Shown piece after piece: positions 39,376 through 52,427 of a DNA stretch of 64,000 bases. This stretch comes from Chiloscyllium plagiosum. Lineage: Eukaryota. Made by a program: the position numbers and the translations under genes. Within the stretch, counting starts at the first letter, position 1. Each line of letters starts with the position of its first letter. The stretch covers positions 51,840,373-51,904,372 of the forward strand of contig NC_057718.1 in NCBI RefSeq assembly GCF_004010195.1. The letters run 5' to 3'. The notes beneath the pieces were generated by a model. That model did not search any database and was not told the DNA's origin. It saw nothing but the letters and a program-made list of their open reading frames with translations.

Positions 39376-39925
39376 AATGGGAGTAATTGCCCTGATAATA
39401 AACTTCTGATCAGCTATTACACATCTGAGGTACAGTGAATTTTAATAGCAATTGCATTAGTGCCAATACCTTGTATTACATTTCTCAACAGTATCAAGGT
39501 ATCCAATCTCAAAATCACTATTATCATTCTGCTCCTGAATCTGCTTGCATTTTACACCATGGCCACCAAATAGGATTGAAGTGTACAAGGTGGAAAATGT
39601 GTGGCAGGTCTGGAATTTTAGTGATTTTATGCAACTGGGTTTCCTGAGATTAGGGACCAGTTAAAATATTAATGTACAAGATAAAAAATAAATTGAGATT
39701 GCTACAGTGCAAATTAAAGTCAGTTGACACCACTTGGATTCAGTTTGCTGTATTCCAAGTGTCGGTTCTTCATTAATTAATACTTTCCTGCCCGTTTACC
39801 ACTGACTTGCCTCACACGGGCTATTCAAAATTCAGAGGATGCTTCCCAGCTGTTAAATAGCAATGGACAAAAGGTTTATTTGTCAGTTTAAAATTGATCT
39901 TTATTTCTAAATGAAAAATAGTACA

Positions 39926-39931
<6 letters not shown>

Positions 39932-39957
<26 letters not shown>
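39932..39957. repeat. (TA)n microsatellite
   Basis: Direct observation. Confidence 0.95.
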
Positions 39958-39958
<1 letters not shown>

Positions 39959-40199
39959 TTGCAATGTCAAATATGCATATATAATGCACTATGTTATGAT
40001 TGATGTATCATTGAGAGATCAGACTTACTGCTGGCTCTACGTTCGCACAATATGCAATCTAGTTCAAAATGTATGAATTTAGACATTAATAATAGTAAAT
40101 GGTTATGATCTCAGTTAAAAACAGATTTTTTTTTGAAGGGAGAAATCTGAAATCTGAGACACTGCAAAGATGATTCCACAGATTAAAACAGATTCCACA

Positions 40200-41200
40200 C
40201 TTGCATCTTACTTATACACCCACTTTCTGTCATTGCAGGGGAAGACAGCCCATTCCAAGGTGGTGCAACATCAGACGAGTGGTGTGTTGCCAGATATCTG
40301 TGTCCTCAGCCTCTCCAGAGAAAGGGTATTTGCCCTCTCAGGAGAAGATTGGGACTGTTCTTGCAGAGATATAGGCATATTCCACATGTCAAACCTGAAT
40401 TATTGACACTTATCACTCCAATGTAATGCTTACATTAACCAGGTGCTCAGTAGAACACATTGTACACCACAACTAACCATTGGCACCAATATCTTCCACC
40501 TCTTGTCTCTTACATTTGCACCCATCTTCCCAAGGACAAACCTGCCTCCCACAGAGGAAAGGACCTCCGTGGATAAGGATTCTTAACTGTTGGAGGTACC
40601 AATTCGAGACTACGTCCTAGACTATCCAGCAACACAGATGATGATGGTGCCAGGAAGGTGCAACATATAGAGTGGGTCAGTGCTGTCGGATAGCCTGGAA
40701 GTAGGCAGCCTGCATGCCTGTCTGTGCCAACATATCATGTGTTCACAGCCAATGTTCTTCCCAAGTTGACACCTAGCAACTAGTTGCACATGCAATCTCT
40801 TCCCTATCACCTCATTTCATTTACCTCCCACCCATGGTGAGTCCTTTCATGGCCCTTGTCTTCAACATTTGCTGCGATCCTTGTTCTTCACAATTGAACT
40901 GAGAGCAAGTGGTCCTCTGCTAATGAGTTTCAGCATCTGCATTAACATGCCACTGAGACCCCAACATCACCTATTGCTTCCAAGGTGCCCACTCCGTCAA
41001 GCCCACAGACTTCACACTTCCCAGTCTGACATGTGCATGCATGTGTGTATACCTGCTTCCCTGTTTATTCTTATTTTACAGGCCACCACTTCCTCCATGC
41101 CCAGTGAGAATCTCAACACACTGTTTGAGAGAAGTGTAAACGATATGGCGAGATGATCTTGATGTTGAGATGGTCTTCACTGAAGATCTCGGCCAATTCT
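40200..41200. mobile_element. Possible decayed Harbinger remnant
   Basis: Minus ORF GKRLHVQLV resembles GFHSLNVQLV; the rest is weak. Confidence 0.3.
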
Positions 41201-42421
41201 AGCACTCATCCTGCCTAACGCCATGTCACTAAGAAACTAATAAGCTTCTGCACATTATCTTTACTCATTGTCAGCTTCTGGATTAAGCACTCTCATCTTC
41301 AGACTGAATATTGCACCATCAGGGTCAAAAGGAGCTCTGATCATTTTACATCATTTCAACTAGAAATGGGGAAGATCAGTTTCATTTCTCAGTGTAACCT
41401 TCCAGTTACTCTTCATTTCAATTTAACTTTCAAGATTTGAAACGAGATTTCATTGCAAAATAACATTAATAAAACACAGCAATCATCTCGAACAATTTGT
41501 CTACAGCAAACACAGGTATAAGAAACAATTTTATTTGTCATATGATAGTTATGTAGAGTTTGGAATGTTTATCACCAGCAAGCCAGACTACTCTGTCATG
41601 TCATTAATTACTCATACATTGCTGGCGATTAAATCCTACATTGTATCTGTTTTGTACCTGTGCATGTCAGCAATGTTGTAACATTCGGGGAACAAGCAGT
41701 TCAAAGGGGCTGCTACATTTTACTTTTCAAAAATATTAGTTAATCAAATCAATTTAGAAATAAGGTTGCAAGCTTGTTAAGGGATTCTCTTGTTAAGGGA
41801 TTACTCAGAATACTTCAACAATTACTGAACAATCAATTTTGTCAGCTGGCAGGAGACAGCCAGAGAAGAAAATGTTACCTGAAAGCTACTAGTCAGTAAA
41901 GTACTTAGAAACAGAGTTAAGGAGTTTGCATCATAAAAAGGTGCTGCTGCAGCAGGCTCAGAAATTCTGGGAGCCAGGGGATGGAGCTATGTATTGGCTT
42001 TGAGGCTCAAGAAAAGTGTGGAGCTGGCTGGGCAATCCAACACCACTTTATCTTTCCAAATACTTAAATGACCAATGCTCCATTCTTGTTAGGTGGGAAC
42101 TTCATAAATATTATAATTTGGGGTTCAATGATTTCAATTGCTGTCAGACATAAACATAATCTATAAATACCAATGCATAAAATGTGTTGAATCCTGAAGG
42201 TGCAGGATTGGGACCTCCTATGTCATCCATTTTTCTCTGTCAAATAGGGTCTTGCCCCTTAGGAATACAAACTCATTCTGAATTGCACACAATTATCATT
42301 TTGAACACATAGTATCAATCTTCTGTCTTTTTGCCCATTAATGACTGTTCTTGGTTTATTATGTTGATGTTCTCCATCTCATCACATTGAAGTTAGCCTT
42401 GCTGAATCTAGAATCTTTATG

Positions 42422-43210
42422 ATTTGGAGATGCCGGTGTTGGACTGTGGTGTACAAAGTTAAAAATCACACAACACCAGGTTATAGTCCAACAGGTTTAA
42501 CTGGAAACACGAGCTTTCGGAGCGCCGCTCCTTCATCAAGTGGTTGTGAAGTACACAATTGTAAGACACAGAATTTATAGCAAAAGTTTACAGTGTGATG
42601 TAACTGAAATTATACATTGAAAAATACCTTGATTGTTTGTGAAGTCTCTCATCTGTTAGAATGACCATGTTAGTTTCATTTCTTTCATATTTAAATCACA
42701 AAACTTTTTTTAAAAGTTACATTCTCAGGTTAATTTTAACAATTGGTGTCAGCCAGGATAATGTGTTGAAGGTGTTAGCCCTCTGTCTGCTGCTGTCTGT
42801 GCCATAATGTTTAGACTGATTCTAATCTAAAAAGTGAGTTAACAGAGTACCCATTGGGAGGGCCTCAACCGGGACCTTGGGTTCATGTCACACTACAGGT
42901 GACCACCATCGCACCACACACACATAGACACTCCTACACACACACAGACACTCCTATACACACATACACACATTCCTACAGACTCACACATGCACCCTCT
43001 CACAGACTTTGACCTCTTTACATTCACAAATATACACACATACACACTCTCTCTCACAGCCACTCACAACCCACCACCCCAGACACACACGCACGCGCAC
43101 ATACATATATACGTTTATGGGGTGAATTTGTACTTGTAGAGTTAGATTGTATTTTGCTCAAAAACTGCATGAATCCATGTAAGACTATGTTAACTCATTT
43201 TTTTAGATTA
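42422..43210. mobile_element. Third PLE family: minus 3' end with hammerhead motif plus inverted ORF tail
   Basis: Minus TTGATGA-aGGAGC-ggc-GCTCC-GAAA-GCTC at 42511-42539. Plus GLNRDLGFMSHYR* at about 42861-42902, followed by a CA-rich UTR. 42820-42848 and 43182-43210 are inverted. Confidence 0.8.
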
Positions 43211-43433
43211 TAATATCCTCTCTTAAATAGGGAGACCAGAGACCAAATCTGCATATGATATTTCAAGTATGGTCTCACCAAGTGTCTGCATTACTGCAAT
43301 ACTATGTCTCTACTTCTGAAGCCAAATCTTTTGCAATAAAGACCAATATATCACTCAAGTTCCTGACTGTTTGTTGAATCTGCCCGTCTACTTTAAATAC
43401 TGATATATAAGGACATCCAGATCCCTTTTTTTA

Positions 43434-43736
43434 CCGTGGAACCTCGATTATCCGAATACCAATTATCCGAATATCGGATTATCCGGAAGAGATCTCCAGG
43501 TCCCGATGGAAACATTACATCAAAGACGTGTTTCCAACTGTTTCATGTCTTTTGTTTACAGTGATTAAAAAGGCATCATCTCCAAATGACTGTCTGCCAG
43601 CCCTGTCTCTCTCCCCACACTTTCCCTGGATTTCTACAGAGGGGTGTACCCTATATCCCCCCCTTCCCCACGTAATCTCTCCAACATTTTACTGTACAGG
43701 GCAAATGTTGAACTTGTCAAAGATTTGCAGTAGAAG

Positions 43737-43812
<76 letters not shown>

Positions 43813-44052
43813 NNNNNNNNTGGGGTTGGGGGAGGGGGGATGGTGTTGGACGGTGTTCTGGGGGTGGGCGGGCAGGGGGTGGTGTTTGGGGCGGGGTCTC
43901 GCCTCTGTGTCCTGCTGCAGTTTCCTGAACGGGGAGCAGACTTTAAAAACTTCGAGCCCCAGAGGAAAGGCATTTAATCAATTAACCGAATAATCGATTA
44001 TCCAAATGAAATCGTGCCCGCCCATCATGTTCAGATAATCAAATTTCCCCTG
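43434..44052. mobile_element. pogo/Tigger-type non-autonomous element with an internal (TG)n
   Basis: TA|ccgtggaacctcgattatccgaa ... ttcagataatcaaatttcccctg|TA, with subterminal attatccg repeats. Confidence 0.8.
43741..43820. repeat. (TG)36 microsatellite followed by an 8-N assembly gap
   Basis: Direct observation. Confidence 0.95.
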
Positions 44053-45829
44053 TACCTACACTTCCCAATATATCATTTAAATAATACTCTTCCTTTCTGT
44101 TTTTCATATCAACTTGTATAACTTCACATTTAAACATGTTATACTGCATTTGCCATGTGTTTACCCACTCACTCAACTTGTCTAAATCTGTCTGAAGCCT
44201 CCTCGCATCCTCCTCACAGCCCATAATCTTATTCAGTTTTGTGTCATCAGCAAACTTGGAAATGTTGTATTTGTTTCCCTTATCCAGGTCATTTCTACAT
44301 ATCATGAAAACTGGGACCTCAGTATTAACCATTATGCTAGTCCATTAATTATTGCCTGCTGCTCAAAAAAAGCCCCATTTATTTCCACTCACTGATTCCT
44401 GTCTATCAATCAATTCTCAATGTATACCAATATATTACTCTCTATCCAAAGTGCCTTAATTTTGTCCACTAACCTCTAATGATGGACCTGATCAAAAGTC
44501 TTCTGAAAATCCGAATACACCACATCCACCAGTTCTCTCTTACCTATTCTACAAGTTGTATCCTCAAAAATGCCAGATGATCAGTGAATCATGATTTTAT
44601 TTCAATAAACCCATGTTGGCTTACCTAATCCTATTTTATCTAATTTTATCTATATTTAATCCTGTTATGTTTTCCAAATGTTCTGTTATCACATCTTTTA
44701 TAATAGACTCTTAATGTTTTCTCCACTGTGGTTGTTAAACTAATTGGTCTATAATTCTCTGTTTGTCTCTCTCCCTCACTTTTTAAATAATGCCACCCTC
44801 AAATCTGTAGGATGTAACATATTGACTGTGATTCTATCAGACCAACTAAGATTTTTCTCATGCTGGTCAGCAAATCAATGAGCAGTCTCTGGCAGTTATG
44901 TACAGGAGAACCAACAGAATTGAATATCCTTAATGCACATATGTAGCCATGTGATTGATGTCCCAACTCTAAAGGTTTCACCCACTGACCGTTACTGACC
45001 AATCAGAGGCTAGCAGCTTCTCTGGCACCATTGCCAGTCAGAGTGATGACTGCTGTCAGCACTGCACCTACCTGAGGCTCAAGAGGAATCAAAGACCACA
45101 TTGACTAATCTCGGCATTGTATATTTTACCACTTTGGTGCTGTTATGTAGGAGACTCTTACACATCTCTCACTATAGTAGTAAACAAACGATAAGAACAG
45201 CAGCAAACCACTTAGCTTCATTGAGCATGCTCATTATCTGCTAAGACTCTGGCAATTTATTACTTGCTTTTGTCATATTATCAGTCTTATAATCATATTC
45301 ATTGAACTTGCCTGTATCTTTTTTTTAAAATGGTAATTTTCACAATGCTAATCTGTCATTTGGTTTCTTGTGATGGATGGATTAATAGAGCTTTCCCTTT
45401 ATCCTTTTGCATGAACAAACTATATTTTGTGAAGGCCAAAGGTATAAAAAACAATAGAGTAATAGGTCAGAAATGAAGCTATTATCTACAGAGAATAAGA
45501 AAAAATGAGCACTTTTAAACCATAATTTTAACGTAACCGAAGAGGGATTCTTTACATGAAATATTGTAGATAGGCAAAGGATGGGAACATTTGCTAGATC
45601 AGAGCAAACAATTGTGAAGTGAAAAGTTACAAGCTAAAACCTTCAATTTCAACTTTCTGCATTAACTTAAAGTTGTTAAATTATTCAAGTTACTGTTTTG
45701 TAAAACAAGCCAGGTTCATTTGAAACATTCAAACATGACAAGGTTTAAAACCTAAGCAATTAAGAAATTATTACTAAAAATGAGATATATTAGTTTGAAC
45801 TGAATGGCACAGATGGATCAAAATAATAC

Positions 45830-48160
45830 TGGGGTCAAAAGGGTTAATTGTTAAGACACGTTGCATAGACTAGGCTTGTATTATTTTGAGTATTGGAAAT
45901 TCAAGGGACACACAAATGATAGACTAGGTAGATGAGACATTTTCTCGTAAAGACTAGAACAATGATTTATCATTTATAACTAGAGCAAAGCAATTCAGGA
46001 GTGAAGCTAGGAGCCCCTTATTCATGCAAACTCTCTTGACTGAAAAGCTATCCAACCACTCAATTGACATGTTGAAAGAAAAGAAATAGATTTCGATTGG
46101 ACAAACATATCAAGGGTTGTGAAAGAGAGACAGCGAAATAGAATTAAGATACAAATTAACCATGATTTAACTGAAAAAGAGAACAGGCACAAGGTGCTGA
46201 ACAGTGCACTCCAGTTCCTATCTTCCCATTAATACATATATAAGAATAAAGAGATATGGATTTGGCAGTTAAAACATAGTTAATTTGTATCTCTTCATTC
46301 TCAAAGAACTCATACAGAATTAACTGGTTTGAAATGGAGTATGGATAAATAGGTTATGTTCAAATTAGCAGGCTGTTATTAGTGAAATGTTATGGGGACC
46401 AGTGCTAGGTTTCAACTATTTACAATCTATTCAATGATTTTGGTGCAGGAATTGAATGTATGACAGTTAAATTTGCTGATGACACCAAAGCAGGTAGGTG
46501 GGTAAATTAACAAGAGGACACGAACAGCTCACAAGGTATATCGATAGGATCAGAGTGGGCTGTTTAACCTGAATTAATATTTTGTTTTAATAGTGGATAG
46601 GTTAAGTAAGTCGGCAAAAGTTTGGCAGAAGGAGTACAATGTGGGAAACTATAAACTTGCGCACTTTGGCAGAAAGAATAGAAAGGCAATATGATACTTG
46701 AACGGAGAAAGATTGCAGAACTCTGATATAGAAGGATCTACATCTCTTTGTATATGAATCACAAGATTTATTAATTAGGTCCAGCAAATGATTCTGAAGG
46801 CACATGAAACGTTGCCATTCAATGCAAGGGAACTGAGTGCAAAAGGAGCAAAGTGTTGTGACACTTGTACAGGGCTTTAGTTAGACCCCAGTTGAAGTAC
46901 TGTGTACTATTTAGACTCCTGGCTTAAGAAAGGACATCCTTACATTAGAAGTGGTTGAGACAAGGTTCACTTGACTGATTGTGTGCATGAAAGGTTTCTT
47001 TTAAAAGGAACGACTGAGCAGGTCGGACTTTTACATTTTGAAGTTTAGAAAAATGAGAAGTGATTTTATTGAAACATTGAATATCCTGAGGAAACTTGAA
47101 AGAGTTGGTATTGAGAGACAGTTTCCTCTTTTGAGGAATTAAAAACTAGGGGACACTGTTTAAAAGTTCTGCCATTTAAGACTTAAGAGAAGGAGCATTT
47201 TTTTTACTCTGAGCAATATAATGGCGGCAGATTTGGATGTTTCAGCCAGGGCTTGTACACTCCATCGGTTCCTTTCTCATTTGTTTCACTTTCTTTCTTC
47301 TCTCTTGGTGATTCCTTTCTTGTTTCCTTCACTCCCAGTCTCAGCGTAGACCCAGCGAGATGTCCTCTCGGCCTGGCTTGTGGCGGTCTCTCGGTAGCAC
47401 ATGACAGTGTCTCGGTGTGGTCTCTCAGTGGCCAGGAGATGTCTTGGCCCAGTGTGGCGGTATCTCAGTGGTTGGGGCGGTATCTCGATGTGTGAATGGG
47501 TCCTGCCCAGGTTTGTTCCAGAGACAGCAGGAGGAGATCGGGGAGGCAGAAGCTTGGGCAGCAGCAACAGTGATGGCATCACAACTCAACATGGAAGAGC
47601 AAGTGGTAAGGAGTGTCCTCTGGTATCTGTGATGATGGCATCAAGAACAGGAAGCTGATATCTCCATGAGAGCAAGCTAAGTGGAAGAATCCTCAAGGAC
47701 CGTTGATTTTTTTAACTTTATTCTTTATTTTTCTGGTTTATATTAAGAAGGACTTGAATGATAACTGTTACCTTATTTCTTTATTTTTCTACTTACTCTC
47801 AGAAGGCAATGCTTAGCTTTTTTAGCTTTGTTTCTTTTACTACTTTGTACCTCAAGTTTTGTATCTAGGTACCTTTCTACCTAAAAAGGTGTCACATGTG
47901 GTGACATCATACATTTTTAACTGTACTCCTGTACACGTGACAATAACATCTAAATCTAATTATCTCCCTTAATATAACAATGGAGGTTAAGTCATTTAAA
48001 CCCACTGACTTACTTTCATACTTCTTCAACAAGGGAGTCATGGTAATATGAGGCTGAGAGGAAAATGTAGTTCAAGACATAATCAGATCACCCATGACCT
48101 AATCAAATGGGAAGTAGTCTTAAATAGCCAAATGGTGTACTCCTGCTCCTTAGTCTTACG
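45830..48160 (+). mobile_element. Decayed CR1 fragments (45830-46230, 46340-47212, 47960-48160)
   Basis: aaatttgctgatgacaccaaa (KFADDTK), gttagaccccagttgaagtactgt (VRP.L.YC), and CR1 3' UTR ends. Confidence 0.78.
47213..47960 (+). mobile_element. Non-autonomous element with a Rex1/Babar-like 3' tail, inserted in CR1
   Basis: CpG-richer 5' body; the tail ttttaactgtactcctgtacacgtgacaataacatctaaatctaa resembles 12396-12451. Confidence 0.45.
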
Positions 48161-50584
48161 TCCTTGGCAATAAATGGCTGAATTATCAATTGTTGCCAAG
48201 TCAAATGTGAGTGGGTACACAATATGGTGTCATGCCAGATCCTTGCCATGATGTCAGCTCTCAGCTGGATGGAGATCCAATTGGCAAACCGGTGTGCAGC
48301 CAATTGTCTACAATTAATTTATTTGGAAGACCTAATAAAGCTCCATTATCATGTTAACTGGGGTTTCCAGTCAATGCTGGCAAACCCTGTTGCTGCCTCA
48401 GCAAGCTGATAGATTCAAGGCAGGAAGTGGGGGAACCACAAGTGTTGATGCTGGGCACCGCTCCCTGTAATTGTAATCAAAAGCAGGCTGCACATCAGGC
48501 AGTGAACAATCCCCTGGAGAATTTACCTTATAGGATGATGACCAAGCAGCTATGGCCAGTTTGCAAACGAGAAGATGTTTACCAGGCCTTCTCTTTCACT
48601 GTATCTATCATTAGATTAGTAGCTTCCATTATTGACCAGTGGGTGTCCTAGTTTGTGAATGTTGGAGGGCAATTGGGAGTCTGTCTACAACATGCTGTGC
48701 AGCTTTGGGAAGCTAAACTAACCCTCATGTCAGAAAGGATACCTCTCCCTCTGCAAAGGTGAAGAACAGCTCACGCAGGTGGATCTGTCAAGCATGGAGC
48801 ACAACAACTGTGTTACTCTCAGTGGCTATTGGATGAGGCCCTTAATTGACCACTTAAGAGCCTAAATTGATTGCAAGGTGGTACAATAGCGCAAGATATA
48901 TCCCATAAAGAATTTAATTCTTAGGAAGAATCTGAGGAAGTGTCCTTTCTGCCTCCAAGCTCACCACATTCAGAAGCAAAGATTCTGCTCTAGGGTTCAT
49001 GTATTGACAAAATAGCAATGAATAATCCTTCCTTACTTTTCACTAATTTCATTTAACAGTTGTAATTGCTATAAAATATTAGGTAGTGATTCGGTTTCAC
49101 CATTTACTACCATGGAATTGGTAAGATAAGTTAACACTGATTGTATTGCACTCCATAAGCTTTTAACAACATACTTGGTGTAACAAGGCTTTGCCTTTGA
49201 TTATATGCTCTTTCTCATTACGATCAATCATAGTTTTTGAACTAAATACACCTGAGGGACTTTTGTAAGATTGTGAAATACAAGAATGAAGGAAATACAA
49301 AAGTAAGTTTAGAAGAATTAGCAATACAATAGATAATTCAATTTGAAAGACACATCACAGTCAACAGATCTGCCTCTTCTCAAAATCAGTTTTTTATTTT
49401 CATTTCTTGATCAAGGGAAAATTAAAGTTTGAATTTGTTTTACAGAATGTTGAGATAAGGCATATGGTCAGTTAAGTTACACAGAACTGTATTAATGCAA
49501 AATTCTTAATAATTCCCAACTTCTTGACGTTTATTATTGTTGAGGTAATTATCTGTGCCTGATAAACTTTTCATGAACTGAACTTGATTCTACAGTATTT
49601 ACAACCCATCAAATGGCATTGTTACAATTAAAAAATGTAAGCATTTGGTTCAAATATCACATCCAAAGCACAGTAACTAATCATAATTGAATACACAGGA
49701 ACCTAATGACGATATCTTAAAATACAATGCCAGCCTCTTTTGCAAACAATCTTCCCTGATTGAAATCAGTCAGTCTCATAAAAGATAAAGCAGTTCAAAT
49801 TTAACTTCACTGGAGACATGAGTGGGAAACAATAGAATAAATATTAGTAATAATTCCTCATCCTGATTTTTCTACCGATTGGAGTTCTTGGACAATAAAT
49901 TTGGGTGAGCAAATTACATGAGCCCATTGTGCAAGTTGGATCGCATTAAAAAAAATACCTGATTTTGTTACGAGAAACTAGTACTTCAATTTAAAACCAG
50001 CAACACCACAGCAACAAGGCAGTGGCCTTATGCCCACTGTGAGCAAGATATCAAGACGGTGGTGGGGTGTGAAACTCACTGCATTAAGTGGCAATGGCGG
50101 TGAAAATCCTCATGGCATTTATAAAAGTACTGGCTATGCACTTCAAGTGCAATTATCTACAAGGTTTCCAAGACCTGGAAAGTTTACTTCAGATTAGGCA
50201 TTCCTTGATGCCGATACAGACACAAGAAGCCAAACGGCCTCTTTCTGTGTTAAAAATTTTCAGCATTGGGATATAAATACTCTATACATCATACTAATTG
50301 CCTCATATATGTTCTAATGCTTCAGTTGTTATGACATAACGGTCGGTCTCGGTTTTGTTAGCTATCTCACTCGTGTGCTGAAAAGGCAGCAGTTGACTGT
50401 TGAGGGCAACATCTGCCACATCTTTCTCCAATCAGGTAGCTTGGCCAAGATGGCTGTAGCTGCTTCCAGAAGAACATTCAACATCACAAGGACCAATGTG
50501 TCAGTAAGTGTTTTTAAGAGCTAGGCCAGAGAGTTTGGAGGCAAGTGTGGGGTATGGTTCTCAGCAGTCACACCTCTGTTCCAT

Positions 50585-50678
50585 ATATTTCATAATCAAC
50601 CATTTCGGAGATGGTATTACACACCTCTAGCCTCCTGGACCACAGGTAAGAACATTAGCATTCCACCACAAGAACCCT
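50585..50678 (-). mobile_element. Short tRNA-derived SINE remnant
   Basis: Minus strand starts agggttcttgtggtggaatgctaatgtt (A-box-like). Confidence 0.4.
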
Positions 50679-52109
50679 AATACATCCCTGTTTTATGTGT
50701 TCCTCAATCGTGCGCAAATTCGAGCAGATCAGGGCAACAGCCACACCCTGATAACCTAACCAACAGCCTGCCCAAACCAGTTCACTAGTCGGATATGCAG
50801 ATTCTTTTTTGTCCTGTCAAGAGTTGAGATAACTGCAGCTCAGGCAGGAATAGGTCCTTTTGTAGTCTTTAAGTAGTCATTAATTGAATGCAGGACATGA
50901 AGGTATGGCAAGGGCCTTCCCACACAGAATTTAATTTAGATTGAAGTTAAAAGATAGCAGGATTATGGGGTTGTCCTTATCCTGCCCTAAATAAGTTGAC
51001 TTCTTGATTCCATGCCCAATCATCTGGGACTGGAAGATTCCAAACAACTTTGATTGCTCCCAACATATGGTTTAGCATAGTAGAAATACATCTTGGGCGT
51101 TCAGATGGATTGTGAATTAAAATTTCAAAACGTCTGATTAACAAAATTACAAGCAAAATTAATGATGGTCAATTAGCATGAATAATTAAGAATAATAGAT
51201 GATAGCTGAACAAAATGATTGAGCACAAGAATACTCCTTACAGTGCAACCTGTGCTTTGCAGTCCACTATGTTATCAGACTGGAGTTGAAATTCATGTTC
51301 TTGAATGAACCGTGAACATATATTGTAAACATCTGGGCCTACATCATACAGTCCTGTTGACCAGTTTAGGAGATATTGTGAGATCAGGAAAAGTATATCA
51401 GTTGAACAAGTTTCTTGCAAATCCATCATTCCCTCTTCACTCTCCACCCAACATCCCCACCAATGATGCCTTGAACAGGAATGTGATGACAGTACCCATC
51501 AGTCAGATTTTGGAAATAACAACTTAATGTTGGCTAATACTTTCTTCAAATACACTTTTTTTTTAGTTTTCAGTGGTAAACACAGCCTCGGGAATTTGGC
51601 AACTAGTAACATTTTAGAACTAGACCTGAAATAATGAACTATAGTAAGGTCAAATGCAAAATTACGATCAATTTCAATTTTTATTTTTGGAAGGTTGATC
51701 ACATGAGCTCCTCCATTGATTTCAATGGGACCTCCAGTACCAATGGCATGATTTCTCTAATTCTCAAGATGCGAGACTCTGAAATTTAAAGCTCAATCCA
51801 ATGCAAGCTCTTTGCAATCTCTCCTATCTTTGTAATTCCTTCTTTTTCCTGAGAAATTTACTCATGCTAATTTATTCCTCACGAATGTTGACACTTAAAA
51901 CTTCTACCATAACATTATATTCTTATATTGTTACTTCTAAAGTTGGCTGCACTCTGATTGAGGGTGAGGAACTGCATTGGGTTAAGTGAACATTGAGAGT
52001 TCAGGATGCTATTTCAAAGGAAAGGAAATATTTTTTGAAGGAAAGGTGCGTTCTGGCTTCAACCACAGTTGAACAATTTGATGGACAAAGCTAAAGAAGA
52101 AAGTGAGTG

Positions 52110-52300
52110 GACACCATGATTTTCTAATGATATACTAGAGGCCTTAGAGCAATAAGAGGAAAAAAATCATATTCTCCCAGTGTGAAAATGCCCTTTTGGC
52201 ATGCATTGAAGAGGCAGTGAAAGAGTTTGCTGGCTATGTCAATTCCAGGACCTTTTCCCCAAGAATATGCATTCTTGCAGAGAAAAAGTATAATTTATTG
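52110..52300 (+). pseudogene. Harbinger-associated Myb/SANT-like domain remnant
   Basis: KEFAGYVNSRTFSPRICILAEKKYNLL resembles W.EVA..VN.RS..PRT...CRKKFNDL. Confidence 0.5.
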
Positions 52301-52427
52301 AGATGTCTTAACTTAATAAGATTGTTTCAACCCCAAAAATGCTGTCATCAATAGAAGAATCTATGACAGATAGATGAGTGAAGCCAAAGTTAAGTATTTT
52401 GCCTCACACATTTGTCATACACTTAGT

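Larger units (their letters stand above)
43212..44790 (-). mobile_element. Decayed CR1 RT fragment interrupted by a MITE
   Basis: [35 protein letters not shown]. Confidence 0.85.

Noticed and set aside
43528..43993. ORFs with CV/TH repeats
   Set aside because: These are translations of the (TG)n microsatellite and the N gap.
51238..51480. Minus-strand exon candidate (MMDLQETCST...)
   Set aside because: Weak splice sites and no recognisable protein similarity.
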